Below, in pieces: positions 50,793 to 60,462 of a stretch of DNA of 64,000 bases. This DNA comes from an uncultured Opitutales bacterium. Its GTDB lineage: Bacteria; Verrucomicrobiota; Verrucomicrobiia; Opitutales; CAYWEO01. The notes under the pieces were generated by a model. It was not told where the DNA came from. It saw nothing but the letters and a program-made list of their open reading frames with translations, and made no database searches. The translations under genes were made by a program, and so were the position numbers. Every line of letters begins with the position of its first letter. The stretch's first letter is position 1. The stretch spans positions 4,127 to 68,126 of the forward strand of contig CAYWEO010000004.1 in NCBI GenBank assembly GCA_964457855.1, written 5' to 3'.

Positions 50793-51365
50793 TTACTGAC
50801 TAACCGTTAACTCTGTTTTTGGCGCCTTTCTAAACGGCATTCCCATTAATGTTAATAGCTCCCGCGCCTCTGCATCTGTCTTGGCAGTTGTGGTCAATGT
50901 CACATTGAATCCAATGGACTTACGACTACTGCTTTCCGAGTGAACTTCAGGGAAAATCGTGTGATCAACGACACCAAACGTGTAATTTCCGCGGCCATCC
51001 ATTTTAGATGACAACCCGCGAAAGTCGCGGATCAAAGGTAACGCAACACTGGTCAATCGATACAAAAATTCGTACATGAGATTCTTGCGCAACGTGACCA
51101 TAACACCCACAGGCATTCCTTCGCGTAACTTGAAATTGGAAATGCTCTTTTTCGCCTTCGTAATGACCGGCTTTTGACCAGCTAGGAGGCCCATATCTTT
51201 CTGTAAGTCAGTAATATAAGCCTTTTCCGCCTCTGCGTTAACGCCCGAATTAATGACAATTTTCTCGATACAAGGAACTTCGTGTACGTTTTTGTATTCC
51301 TGCGACTTCATGAGTTGAGGAACAACCTTTTCCGTGTAATAAGTTCTTAAAAATGGTTGATACAT
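50793..51365 (-). CDS. rplE: 50S ribosomal protein L5
   Basis: ..KIVIN.G......A....L......GQKPV.T.AKKSI.NFKLREGMP.G..VTLR motif. Confidence 0.93.
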   Translation of the reverse strand: MYQPFLRTYYTEKVVPQLMKSQEYKNVHEVPCIEKIVINSGVNAEAEKAYITDLQKDMGLLAGQKPVITKAKKSISNFKLREGMPVGVMVTLRKNLMYEFLYRLTSVALPLIRDFRGLSSKMDGRGNYTFGVVDHTIFPEVHSESSSRKSIGFNVTLTTTAKTDAEARELLTLMGMPFRKAPKTELTVSQ

Positions 51366-51382
51366 GGTTTTACCTTTTGACT

Positions 51383-51685
51383 CTAACTTAATTTTTTAGC
51401 CTCTCTCTTCTGAGCTCTCGCCTCGAACCTTTCAACAGACATCACATTAGACCAATGCAACGACCCTTCAAGTTCAATGACCGCCCCTTCCGGGTTCTCT
51501 TTGCTCTTACGCAAATGTTTTTTCATCATCGCAATCCCTTCGACAACAACGCGCAACTTATGTCTCACAACACGAAGCACTTTGCCGCGTTTCCCGCGGT
51601 GGGAACCTGCAATGACAACGACCTCTTGATCCCTCTTCACGGGACATCTTTCGGCCGGCTTTTGATGCTTTAGTCTTGGTTTCAT
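51383..51685 (-). CDS. rplX: 50S ribosomal protein L24
   Basis: KOW motif V.V.IAG..RGKRGKVL.V and operon position. Confidence 0.9.
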   Translation of the reverse strand: MKPRLKHQKPAERCPVKRDQEVVVIAGSHRGKRGKVLRVVRHKLRVVVEGIAMMKKHLRKSKENPEGAVIELEGSLHWSNVMSVERFEARAQKREAKKLS

Positions 51686-51686
51686 A

Positions 51687-52055
51687 TCACCATACCTCCG
51701 GAGCTAATGAAATAATTTTCATATAGTTTTTTGTTCTTAGTTCGCGAGCTACAGGCCCAAAAATACGCGTCCCCTTCGGAGCGCCCTCAGCATCGATTAA
51801 AACACACGCATTTCCATCAAATCGAATGTAACTGCCATCCGAACGACGAGTCGCAGACTTCGTTCTCACAATGACGGCATCCTGAACACTACCTTTTTTA
51901 ACGCTAGACGTCGGAATCGCCTCTTTAATCGAGACCTTTATGCGATCACCAATACCGCGTGCGCCGGGATTACTGGAACCAAAAGTTCCAATCATCATCG
52001 CCTTTTTGGCACCCGTGTTATCGGCAATGCTCATACAACTGTTACGCTGTAACAT
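51687..52055 (-). CDS. rplN: 50S ribosomal protein L14
   Basis: MLQ..S...IADNTGAKK start (internal Met of the 135-aa ORF-track entry) and [10 protein letters not shown] near the end. Confidence 0.92.
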   Translation of the reverse strand: MLQRNSCMSIADNTGAKKAMMIGTFGSSNPGARGIGDRIKVSIKEAIPTSSVKKGSVQDAVIVRTKSATRRSDGSYIRFDGNACVLIDAEGAPKGTRIFGPVARELRTKNYMKIISLAPEVW

Positions 52056-52353
52056 GACTATCCCCTCCCGTAGAACCCTGATGAGAATTTGCATGAATAA
52101 CAGACAACAAACGCCAGCGTTTCAGCTTACTTAGCGGCCTTGTTTCCATAATCTTCACCTTATCCCCTACCTTACAAATATTAGCTTCGTCATGGACGTA
52201 TAATATCGTTTTGCGCTTCACCTCTTTCTGGTAAAGAGGGTGTCGAGCACTGTAGTCATAAGAAACCTTAATGCTTTTATCCCCAAGTCGCGAAACGACA
52301 ACACCCGTCAACGCCTTCCTTTTGCTTCGTTGAGCAGTCAAAATTGCGGTCAT
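52042..52353 (-). CDS. rpsQ: 30S ribosomal protein S17
   Basis: ..LTG.VVS....K...V........HPLY.K..KR......HDE.N....GD.V.I.E.RPLSK.K.W.L. The tail overlaps the rplN start. Confidence 0.9.
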   Translation of the reverse strand: MTAILTAQRSKRKALTGVVVSRLGDKSIKVSYDYSARHPLYQKEVKRKTILYVHDEANICKVGDKVKIMETRPLSKLKRWRLLSVIHANSHQGSTGGDSHVTA

Positions 52354-52553
52354 TATTTAACTCCTTCTTTTTTTAAAGATTTTTGCCTTAAAATTGTTTT
52401 TAAGCGGGCAATATTTTTGCGACAAATCCCCAAATGATGAGACTTATCCAACTGTTTCCGACGCAAATTCAACTGTAGCAGTTCGTTTTGCGACTTCCCT
52501 ATTTCAACTTCAATTTCCTTCATTGAAAGTTCCTGCATGTCTTCTATTTTCAC
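52353..52553 (-). CDS. rpmC: 50S ribosomal protein L29
   Basis: 66-aa helical ORF between rplP and rpsQ, with a ..L.....L.LR motif. Confidence 0.85.
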   Translation of the reverse strand: MKIEDMQELSMKEIEVEIGKSQNELLQLNLRRKQLDKSHHLGICRKNIARLKTILRQKSLKKEGVK

Positions 52554-52570
52554 TGTAACCCCTTAATCGT

Positions 52571-53014
52571 TTAATTATTACGTGTAATAAAGCGGCAATA
52601 AAGCGATAATTTCGCATCCGCTAAACTCATTGCCTCACGCGCCAAACTTTCTGGAACGCCTGCAATCTCAAATAAAATCGTACCCGGCCTGGCAACGGCC
52701 ACCCAATATTCAACGCCGCCCTTACCTTTACCCATACGCGTTTCCGCCGGCTTTTTTGTAATGGGCTTTTGAGGAAATACGCGCACCCAAACCTTTCCTT
52801 TACGCTTGAGATGACCCGTAATTGCCACACGCGCAGCCTCTATTTGTGCCGCAGTAATGCGATAATCGGGAAATTTGCGTTTATCGTGATTATCCTCTAA
52901 AGCTTGAATACCAAAATCGCCAAATGCCAAAAAATCATTACCCTTCGCGTTGCCTTTGTAGGGATTTTTCTGTTCTTTTCGGTACTTTGTCCTCGCTGGA
53001 GATAATTTTGCCAT
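52571..53014 (-). CDS. rplP: 50S ribosomal protein L16
   Basis: P.RTKYRK...G...G.A.....L.FG..G..A and RMGKGKG..E.WVA.V.PG..LFEI.GV. Confidence 0.93.
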   Translation of the reverse strand: MAKLSPARTKYRKEQKNPYKGNAKGNDFLAFGDFGIQALEDNHDKRKFPDYRITAAQIEAARVAITGHLKRKGKVWVRVFPQKPITKKPAETRMGKGKGGVEYWVAVARPGTILFEIAGVPESLAREAMSLADAKLSLYCRFITRNN

Positions 53015-53025
53015 AATATAAATCC

Positions 53026-53682
53026 TTACCTTCTGAGTTTATTAGAATCTTCCTCTTTCTTACAAATCCAGCACTTCACTCCGATAATTCCATAAGTGGT
53101 CCTCGACTCGCGAAAACCGTAGTCAATATTTGCACGAATTGTATGCAAAGGAACGCGGCCTTTTTTGTACTCTTCCGTACGCGCGATTTCAGCGCCACCC
53201 AAACGTCCCGAGCAGCGAACACGGATACCCTCGACATTGCCCGCGGCCATGGCGGACTCGAGAGATTTCTTCATTGCGCGGCGAAATGGTATGCGACGCT
53301 CCAATTGTAGAGCAATATTTTCAGCGACTAGCTCTGCAACAACATCGGGATTCTTAATCTCTTGAATATCAATCAAAACATCGCGCTTAATGAGTTTTTC
53401 TAGCGCCGCCTTAAGAATTTCCAAATCTTGCCCTTTTCGGCCAATCACCATTCCAGGACGTGCCGTCGGAATCGTCAAACGCACACGGCCATCGCTTGCA
53501 CGCTCAATAATGGGCTCAGTTACAGAATATTTCAATCGCTCTGTGATAAATTGACGAATCTGAACATCCTCAGCCAATAACTTCGGAAAGTTCTTTTTAT
53601 TAGCCACCCATCTGGCTTTTCGCCTGCTTTCATCAACAGGTAAGCGGAAAAGTAATGCATTAATTTTTTGTCCCACGAGCAA
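53026..53682 (-). CDS. rpsC: 30S ribosomal protein S3
   Basis: GQKIN....RL start, KH domain (RPGMVIGRKG.....L) and GRL.GAEIAR.E.Y..GRVPLHT.RA.IDY. Confidence 0.93.
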   Translation of the reverse strand: MLVGQKINALLFRLPVDESRRKARWVANKKNFPKLLAEDVQIRQFITERLKYSVTEPIIERASDGRVRLTIPTARPGMVIGRKGQDLEILKAALEKLIKRDVLIDIQEIKNPDVVAELVAENIALQLERRIPFRRAMKKSLESAMAAGNVEGIRVRCSGRLGGAEIARTEEYKKGRVPLHTIRANIDYGFRESRTTYGIIGVKCWICKKEEDSNKLRR

Positions 53683-54037
53683 CCTCCTTGACTTTTTTAT
53701 TCAACTCACTCAACACAAAACAAATGTGACTCGTGCGCTTTTTATAAGGATGGGCAGACCCACGCGCCGTCGGCATAAAACGCCTTTGCGCAGGACCCTC
53801 GCCCACTGTAATCTCTTTGATAAACAAATTCTTAGAAGATAAATTTAAATTATTTTCTGCATTTGCCACCGCACTGTCCAACACCTTCTTCAGCAAACGT
53901 GCTGACTTTCTCGGGATGAACTTCAAGGTTTCCTGTGCTTCGAGCACATGCATACCGCGCAAACCTCTGGCCACTTGGCGCACCTTCAGGGGTGACATTT
54001 TCGCGTATCGCGCTAAAGCTCTGACTTCTACTGACAT
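53660..54037 (-). CDS. rplV: 50S ribosomal protein L22
   Basis: ..A.ARY...SP.K.R.VA..IRG..V..A...L.F.P.K.A....K.L.SA.ANAE.N. Confidence 0.92.
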   Translation of the reverse strand: MSVEVRALARYAKMSPLKVRQVARGLRGMHVLEAQETLKFIPRKSARLLKKVLDSAVANAENNLNLSSKNLFIKEITVGEGPAQRRFMPTARGSAHPYKKRTSHICFVLSELNKKVKEVARGTKN

Positions 54038-54038
54038 G

Positions 54039-54317
54039 TTACTTCACTGCCTTCTTTGTATGAGGATTATGTGCCTTAAACAAGCGTGTCAAAGCAAACT
54101 CTCCTAATTTATGTCCAACCATACTCTCCGTTATGTAAACAGGGATGAATGTTTTTCCATTGTGAACTTCCAAATTAAACCCAACGAAATCGGGCGTAAC
54201 TGTGGAACGACGAGACCACGTCCTAATGGGCTTCCGTGAACCCGTTCTCTGGGCATCGCGAACCGCTTCCATTAAAGGGAAGTCTATAAAAAAACCTTTT
54301 TTAAGTGAACGAACCAT
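54039..54317 (-). CDS. rpsS: 30S ribosomal protein S19
   Basis: [11 protein letters not shown] and TWSRRST..P.FVG....[21 protein letters not shown]. Confidence 0.94.
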   Translation of the reverse strand: MVRSLKKGFFIDFPLMEAVRDAQRTGSRKPIRTWSRRSTVTPDFVGFNLEVHNGKTFIPVYITESMVGHKLGEFALTRLFKAHNPHTKKAVK

Positions 54318-54323
54318 AAAATC

Positions 54324-55178
54324 TTACACCTTTTTCATTTTTCTTCCGTTACAACGCGTTATGATCTTATTGTTCGTCCATTTCGAACGTTTACGCGTCG
54401 GTTTCCCTTTCGACAATTGCCCCCATGGGGACACCGGATGACCTCCCCCTGAGGTTTTTCCTTGACCACCGCCCATGGGGTGATCGACCGGGTTCATCGC
54501 AATACCGCGGACTCTTGGCCGTTTTCCCAGCCAGCGATTGCGACCCGCCTTTCCTAAAGATTGATTCATATGATCGGCATTCCCCAACTCACCGATAGTC
54601 GCCAAACAATTGACATGTACCTTTCGGACTTCCTTACTCGGCATTTTGAGTGTTGCATAATCACCATCGAGAGCCACCAAACGCGCGCATGAACCAGCCG
54701 TACGAGCAATTTGTGCACCCTTACCCGGCAAAAGCTCGACAGCGTGAACAGCCGTTCCAGGAGGAATACAATGCAATGGCAAACACATCCCAATTGTATA
54801 TTCATCAACTGACTTGTTTGTGCTCACCACTTGATCGCCAACTTTTAGATTCTTCGGCGCCAAAATGTATCGCTTTTCGCCGTCAATGTACGCCAGCAAA
54901 GCAATGTTTGCAGTACGATTTGGATCGTATTCAATGCGTTGAACGAAAGCGGGAATGTCCTTTTTGTCGCGCTTGAAATCGATGATCCTATAAAGCTGTT
55001 TGTGACCGCCGCCACGACGACGAGACGTAATTCTTCCATAACAATTACGGCCTTTTGGACGATGACACGGCGTTATAAGAGAACGTTCCGGGGAATTGTC
55101 TTTGGCAATATCTTCCCGTTTGTTTAAAATCAAAAACCGCTGGGACGGCGTTGTCGGTCTATATTTTTTTAATACCAT
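54324..55178 (-). CDS. rplB: 50S ribosomal protein L2
   Basis: [34 protein letters not shown]. Confidence 0.95.
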   Translation of the reverse strand: MVLKKYRPTTPSQRFLILNKREDIAKDNSPERSLITPCHRPKGRNCYGRITSRRRGGGHKQLYRIIDFKRDKKDIPAFVQRIEYDPNRTANIALLAYIDGEKRYILAPKNLKVGDQVVSTNKSVDEYTIGMCLPLHCIPPGTAVHAVELLPGKGAQIARTAGSCARLVALDGDYATLKMPSKEVRKVHVNCLATIGELGNADHMNQSLGKAGRNRWLGKRPRVRGIAMNPVDHPMGGGQGKTSGGGHPVSPWGQLSKGKPTRKRSKWTNNKIITRCNGRKMKKV

Positions 55179-55182
55179 AAAA

Positions 55183-55473
55183 TCAGTTGATCTCTATTTT
55201 ATCTCCGCGCTTCAACGTAACAATCGCCTGTTTCACATTAGAAGTCTTACCAAATTTACCACGTTGTGTGCGACTACGCTTCACTTTACCCTTGAGATTC
55301 AACATGTTAACGTTCTCAACAGTCACCTTGAACATCTCACCAATCGCATACCCAACATCAATACTGTTGGCATCACGATAAACCTCAAACGTGTACTGAT
55401 TTAACTCAGAAGCGCGTTGATTGGCCTTCTCGGTAATGCGAAACCCTTTAATTACTTCATGCGGCCGTTTCAT
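55183..55473 (-). CDS. rplW: 50S ribosomal protein L23
   Basis: ..ITEKA.......N.Y.F.V...A.........E..F.V.V..VN pattern and operon position. Confidence 0.9.
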   Translation of the reverse strand: MKRPHEVIKGFRITEKANQRASELNQYTFEVYRDANSIDVGYAIGEMFKVTVENVNMLNLKGKVKRSRTQRGKFGKTSNVKQAIVTLKRGDKIEIN

Positions 55474-56134
55474 GTTTCTCCCTCCTGATTTCTGAATTCA
55501 TACGCGCTGCCAATGTTTGAAGCGCCCTCTCTGTAAAAAGTATATTCCGATATTTCATGATTTCAAGAGCGTTTACCGAACTACTCTCCATGAGAAAAAC
55601 ATGCTCAATATTCCGCAAAGATAGAGCCACATTCCCAGCAAACGTATCGTCAATCAAGAGCACTTTTCTCTCTTCTTGAAAAATACGATTCACGATAGCA
55701 TTCATCTCTTTCGTTTGTGGTTTGTCGGCAAAAAACTCCTCGATAACAAGGATTTGTCCCTTTTGGGCCTTACCAAAAAAGCTCATTTTCAAGGCCAATT
55801 GCTTCTCTTTGCGCGACAATTTTTGAGAATAATCTCTCGGTCTCGGCCCGAAAACAACACCACCATGCGTCCAAATAGGACTTCTCTTGGAACCATGACG
55901 CGCACGGCCCGTTCCTTTTTGACGCCACGGCTTTTTGCCACTTCCGGCAACCTCATCACGCTTTTTCGCACAAGCAGTTCCCTGCCTCAAATTCGCACGA
56001 TACGCTAGAATCGCCTTCTTCACAATCGACTCACTGCGGTCACAATCATCGAAGCTAGGAAGACTTCCGTACTCCCGTTCTTCTTTGAACTGACCATCCC
56101 TTGTATACAACTTTAACTTCATAGAACGCTCCAT
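55457..56134 (-). CDS. rplD: 50S ribosomal protein L4
   Basis: R.G.....R.EV.GSGKKPWRQKGTGRAR.GS.RSP.W..GGV.FGP.PR.Y. Confidence 0.93.
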   Translation of the reverse strand: MERSMKLKLYTRDGQFKEEREYGSLPSFDDCDRSESIVKKAILAYRANLRQGTACAKKRDEVAGSGKKPWRQKGTGRARHGSKRSPIWTHGGVVFGPRPRDYSQKLSRKEKQLALKMSFFGKAQKGQILVIEEFFADKPQTKEMNAIVNRIFQEERKVLLIDDTFAGNVALSLRNIEHVFLMESSSVNALEIMKYRNILFTERALQTLAARMNSEIRREKHETAA

Positions 56135-56794
56135 TTACGCAGCCACCTGCTTGCCCTTTTTTGCCTTTCGCACAAAAACCTTTCCGCCATTTGCGCCAGG
56201 CACACTTCCCTTAATGAGCAGTAAATTCTTATCACTCAACACTTTAACAATTTGTAAATTTTGTATCGTGCGTCTCACATCACCCATATGCCCAGGCATT
56301 CTCTTACCCTTAATAATATGGCCAGGCTTTGCGCGCATTCCACAGGAACCCGCACGTCTGTGCGACATGTGACCGTGCGTTGCAGGACCGCCCGCAAAAC
56401 GATAACGCGTCACAACACCCTGAAAACCATGTCCCTTCGATAGACCAATCACATCCACCATTTCTCCGGGCTGAAAACAATCGACGGTAAACACTTGACC
56501 GATAGCGAATTGCGAAGTATCTTGAACGCGAAACTCCTTCAAATCGGCAAGCGCCGGCGCTTTGGCTTTTTTCAAATGACCCAGCTCAGCCTTGGACAAA
56601 CGCGATTCCTTGTTCTTACGAGAACCCACTTGGACGGCATTGTATCCATCGTTTTCCTTCGTTTTGATCTGAATAACTGGAGACGGCTCAATTTGAACAA
56701 CAGTCACGGGAAGCAAACAACCCGCCTCATTGTAGATCTGAGTCATGCCAATCTTCTTTCCTAATAATAATAATTGCGATCTTTTCTGTATCAT
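56135..56794 (-). CDS. rplC: 50S ribosomal protein L3
   Basis: LLGKKIGMTQI......L.PVTV... and GKGFQG......F.GG..THG...HR..GS.G. Confidence 0.94.
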   Translation of the reverse strand: MIQKRSQLLLLGKKIGMTQIYNEAGCLLPVTVVQIEPSPVIQIKTKENDGYNAVQVGSRKNKESRLSKAELGHLKKAKAPALADLKEFRVQDTSQFAIGQVFTVDCFQPGEMVDVIGLSKGHGFQGVVTRYRFAGGPATHGHMSHRRAGSCGMRAKPGHIIKGKRMPGHMGDVRRTIQNLQIVKVLSDKNLLLIKGSVPGANGGKVFVRKAKKGKQVAA

Positions 56795-56892
56795 GATTCT
56801 AAGCGGCAGGCAGTTAAAAACTCTTTTGGGGAACCTGCTTTAGTCTAATTGTTAACTATAAAATCCTATTTTCCGTTCATATAAGATTAACT

Positions 56893-57240
56893 TCAACGAT
56901 TCGCACCGCTGCTGGCAAGCTTTATTTTCACATCTACGCCAGTTGGCAGATTTAATTTTTTCAAATTATCGACCGTCTCAGACGTTGGGTTGATGATGTC
57001 CAAAAGACGCTTATGAGTACGTATCTCAAACTGGTCCATGGACTTCTTGTCCACGTGCGGAGAACGATTCACGGTAAATTTCTCTATCTTGGTCGGTAAC
57101 GGAATTGGACCGCAAACGGTTGCTCCAGAACGTGCTGCAGTGCTTGCAATATCACGTGCCGAATTATCCAAAATACGCGCATCGTAAGCAGTTAACCTGA
57201 TTTCGATTTTCTGTTTATTCTGTTTATGTTTATTGTCCAT
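56893..57240 (-). CDS. rpsJ: 30S ribosomal protein S10
   Basis: KIEIRL.AYD...LD......I...A...GA...GPIPLPT......TV.RSPH.DKKS..QFE.RTHKRL.DI. An internal Met is chosen because the longer ORF start would overlap fusA. Confidence 0.92.
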   Translation of the reverse strand: MDNKHKQNKQKIEIRLTAYDARILDNSARDIASTAARSGATVCGPIPLPTKIEKFTVNRSPHVDKKSMDQFEIRTHKRLLDIINPTSETVDNLKKLNLPTGVDVKIKLASSGANR

Positions 57241-57265
57241 TGCTAAAATTTTCGTTGATTTGTTA

Positions 57266-59446
57266 TTAACCTCGACGCGCCGGTGCACGTGAACACTCTT
57301 TGACAATTTCCGCCAAAAGACTCGACGGAACCTGCTCAAAATGTGAAGGCTCCATAGAATAGGAGGCTCTTCCTTTTGTCAAGGACCGAACATCAGTTGC
57401 GTAACCAAACATTTCTTTTAGAGGCACGTGCGCGAGAATACTCACAACAATGCCCTTCGTTTCTACGCCCTGAATTTGACCACGACGACGGTTAAGATCA
57501 CCCAAAACATCTCCCTGATACTCTTCTGGCCCAACGACTTCCACCTTCATAATGGGCTCCAATAAAATCGCTTTTGCGCTCTTCATAGCGTCTTTGAACG
57601 CGAAAATGCCCGCCATTTTAAAGGCCATTTCGTTCGAGTCGACTTCGTGGAAGCTGCCATCGACAATATAAGCACAGAAATCGACGACCGGATAGCCCGC
57701 CACCGTACCGTTTCTTGCACCCTCTAAGATGCCTTCCTGCACGGGCTTAATGTATTCCTTTGGAATGGTGCCACCAACGATTTTGTTGATAACTTCACAA
57801 CCCTTACCTTTCTCTGCTGGCTCCAGTTTGATCACCGCGTGTCCATATTGACCGCGACCACCGGATTGGCGGATAAACTTACCCTCTCCGTCTGCTGGAG
57901 CAGTAATTGTCTCACGATAAGCGATTTGCGGACGACCAGCGTCTGCCTCAACTTTAAACTCTCTAAAAAGACGATCGCGAATGATCTCCAAGTGCAACTC
58001 GCCCATGCCAGCAATGATTGTTTGCCCGGTTTCATGATTGGAAGACACACAAAACGTGGGATCTTCCATGGACAATTGCTGCAAAGCTGACGACAATTTT
58101 TCCTGATCGGCCTTCGATTTTGGCTCGATCGACATGCTAATAACAGGATTCGGGAACGTCGGCGGTTCTAAGCGCAAATCGAGATCCCGATCACAAATCG
58201 TGTCGCCCGTCACAACATCTCGAACGCCAATGACAGCGCAAATATCTCCCGAATACGCCACATCAATGTCTTCGCGCATATTGGCCCTCATGAGCATCAA
58301 ACGGCTAATGCGTTCCGTCTTGCGCGTCCTCGGATTATATAAAGCCGAACCTTTGCGCAAAATACCCGCATAAACGCGAACAAAGACAAGCTTTCCGACG
58401 TACGGATCCGTCATTAATTTGAAAGCAAGAGCAATCACCTTCGATTGATCATTAGGAACTACGGATACCTCTTTCCCATCGTCGTCAAACGCACGCATAG
58501 GAGGTAAATCGAGAGGCGCAGGCAGATAATCCACAACGGCATCCAGCAACATCTGAACACCCTTATTTTTGAAAGCGCTTCCTGGAATAACACCGATAAA
58601 TTGACGCATTAAGGTCGCTTTACGGATCGCAAGGACAAACTCATTCTCTGTCGGCACCTCACCGTTGAGAAATTTGTCCGCCATGACATCATCAAAATCC
58701 GCGAGGGATTCGATCAGTTTTTGGCGATAATACGCAACATCGGCAGCCATATCTTCAGGCACTTCCACGATATCGTAACGCATCCCCTGGGGGTCCGTGG
58801 CGTCATAAACGTAGGCTCTCAGGCGAATTAAATCGACGAGGCCCCTAAAATTCTCCGCCGCACCGATATTCAAAAATAAAGGATGCGCATTACCGCCCAA
58901 TTTTTGACGAATGCTTTGGATGGCACCTAAGAAATCGGCACCAACGCGGTCCATTTTATTAATAAAGGCTATGCGCGGAACACCATACTTATCCATTTGG
59001 CGCAGAACGGTTTCCGACTGAGGTTGCACTCCCGCAACGGCACAAAATACCGCAACAGCTCCGTCCAAAACCCTCAGAGAACGCTCCACTTCAGCCGTAA
59101 AATCCACGTGCCCAGGCGTATCGATGATATTGATCCAGTGCTCAATGCCCGTATTGGGACCCCAAAGCGTCTTCCAATTGCAGTGGACAGCAGCCGATGT
59201 AATCGTAATACCGCGTTCGCGTTCCTGCACCATGAAATCGGTAACAGTTCCGCCGTCATGCACCTCCCCCATTTTGTGAATGGAGCCTGTATAGAACAGA
59301 ATACGTTCGGTTGTCGTCGTCTTCCCTGCGTCAATGTGAGCAGCAATGCCGATATTCCGCATGCGCTCCATCATGTGAGGACGCTCGAGAGCATTCGCAG
59401 GAGAGAATAATTTGGGTGCCAAAGAAGCTATTGAATTGTCCGCCAT
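57266..59446 (-). CDS. fusA: Elongation factor G
   Basis: [34 protein letters not shown] and NKMDR GTPase motifs. Position between rpsG and rpsJ. The start may be an internal Met about 24 codons in. Confidence 0.95.
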   Translation of the reverse strand: MADNSIASLAPKLFSPANALERPHMMERMRNIGIAAHIDAGKTTTTERILFYTGSIHKMGEVHDGGTVTDFMVQERERGITITSAAVHCNWKTLWGPNTGIEHWINIIDTPGHVDFTAEVERSLRVLDGAVAVFCAVAGVQPQSETVLRQMDKYGVPRIAFINKMDRVGADFLGAIQSIRQKLGGNAHPLFLNIGAAENFRGLVDLIRLRAYVYDATDPQGMRYDIVEVPEDMAADVAYYRQKLIESLADFDDVMADKFLNGEVPTENEFVLAIRKATLMRQFIGVIPGSAFKNKGVQMLLDAVVDYLPAPLDLPPMRAFDDDGKEVSVVPNDQSKVIALAFKLMTDPYVGKLVFVRVYAGILRKGSALYNPRTRKTERISRLMLMRANMREDIDVAYSGDICAVIGVRDVVTGDTICDRDLDLRLEPPTFPNPVISMSIEPKSKADQEKLSSALQQLSMEDPTFCVSSNHETGQTIIAGMGELHLEIIRDRLFREFKVEADAGRPQIAYRETITAPADGEGKFIRQSGGRGQYGHAVIKLEPAEKGKGCEVINKIVGGTIPKEYIKPVQEGILEGARNGTVAGYPVVDFCAYIVDGSFHEVDSNEMAFKMAGIFAFKDAMKSAKAILLEPIMKVEVVGPEEYQGDVLGDLNRRRGQIQGVETKGIVVSILAHVPLKEMFGYATDVRSLTKGRASYSMEPSHFEQVPSSLLAEIVKECSRAPARRG

Positions 59447-59470
59447 AAACGTGTTTCCTTATACCTTTTC

Positions 59471-59944
59471 CTACCAGCGGAAGTGCGCGTAGGCCCTGTT
59501 TGCAAGAGCCATTTTGTGAACTTCTTCCTTCTTTTTGACCAAATCACCCGTGTTATTATAGGCATTGACGATTTCTTTAATCAAGGCATCACACATGGGG
59601 ACACCCTTTTTATTCGAACAATATTCAACAAGCCAGCGCAAGGCAACGGCTTCCTGACGCTCGAAAGAAATCTCCGTTGGAACTTGATAAGTAGCCCCAC
59701 CAACGCGACGGCTTTTCAATTCCAATTTAGGACGAAAGTTCGCCAAAGCTCCCTTCAAAACATCCACAGAATCGCCCTTTTCGAGCTTTTCACTAACGCC
59801 CACTAACGCATCATAAACGATAGTATTTGCGATACTTTTTTTCCCCCGCTCCATAACGAGGTTGATCAATTTTTGCACCAATGTATCATTATAACGGGCA
59901 TCTGGACTGATGATACGCTTTTCTGCGCGATTACGACGTGACAT
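59471..59944 (-). CDS. rpsG: 30S ribosomal protein S7
   Basis: MSRR.R..KR...PD......V.K.IN..M..GKKS.A. start and the end ...A..RAYAHFRW. Confidence 0.94.
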   Translation of the reverse strand: MSRRNRAEKRIISPDARYNDTLVQKLINLVMERGKKSIANTIVYDALVGVSEKLEKGDSVDVLKGALANFRPKLELKSRRVGGATYQVPTEISFERQEAVALRWLVEYCSNKKGVPMCDALIKEIVNAYNNTGDLVKKKEEVHKMALANRAYAHFRW

Positions 59945-59963
59945 ACGAAAAATTCTTTAAATT

Positions 59964-60356
59964 TTATGCTTTTTTAGCCTTATTCTCCTTGGGCATTTTA
60001 ACACCATACTTCGATCGACTACGACGACGCTTTTCAACGCCTTGCGCATCCAACGTTCCTCTTACAATGTGATAACGCACACCTGGTAAGTCAGGAACAC
60101 GACCTCCACGCACCAAGACAACGCTATGCTCCTGCAAATTATGACCCTCATCGGGGATGTAAGCAATGACAACTTTACCCGTCGTCAAACGCACTTTGGC
60201 TACTTTCCGAAGAGCCGAGTTTGGTTTTTTTGGCGACACAGTGTAGACGCGCAGACAAAAACCACGACGGAATGGGCACCCATTCAGAGCAGGGGTCTTG
60301 GTTTTGCTCTTCAACGCTCTCCGTGGGTTCTTAATAAGCTGATTAATTGTAGGCAT
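59964..60356 (-). CDS. rpsL: 30S ribosomal protein S12
   Basis: [23 protein letters not shown] and [20 protein letters not shown]. Confidence 0.96.
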   Translation of the reverse strand: MPTINQLIKNPRRALKSKTKTPALNGCPFRRGFCLRVYTVSPKKPNSALRKVAKVRLTTGKVVIAYIPDEGHNLQEHSVVLVRGGRVPDLPGVRYHIVRGTLDAQGVEKRRRSRSKYGVKMPKENKAKKA

Positions 60357-60462
60357 CGTATCCTTTTAGTAATTAAAAAAAAATAATGGTTAAGTTTATG
60401 AAAACCGAAAAAATGAATTTTTCAATAAAAAAAACAAATTCCTTCAATAAACATATGAAAAA

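Noticed and set aside
57241-57339. The extended 148-aa version of rpsJ starting at 57339.
   Set aside because: The extra 33 codons overlap the fusA 3-prime end and translate to a basic junk peptide. The conserved S10 sequence begins right after the internal Met at 57240.
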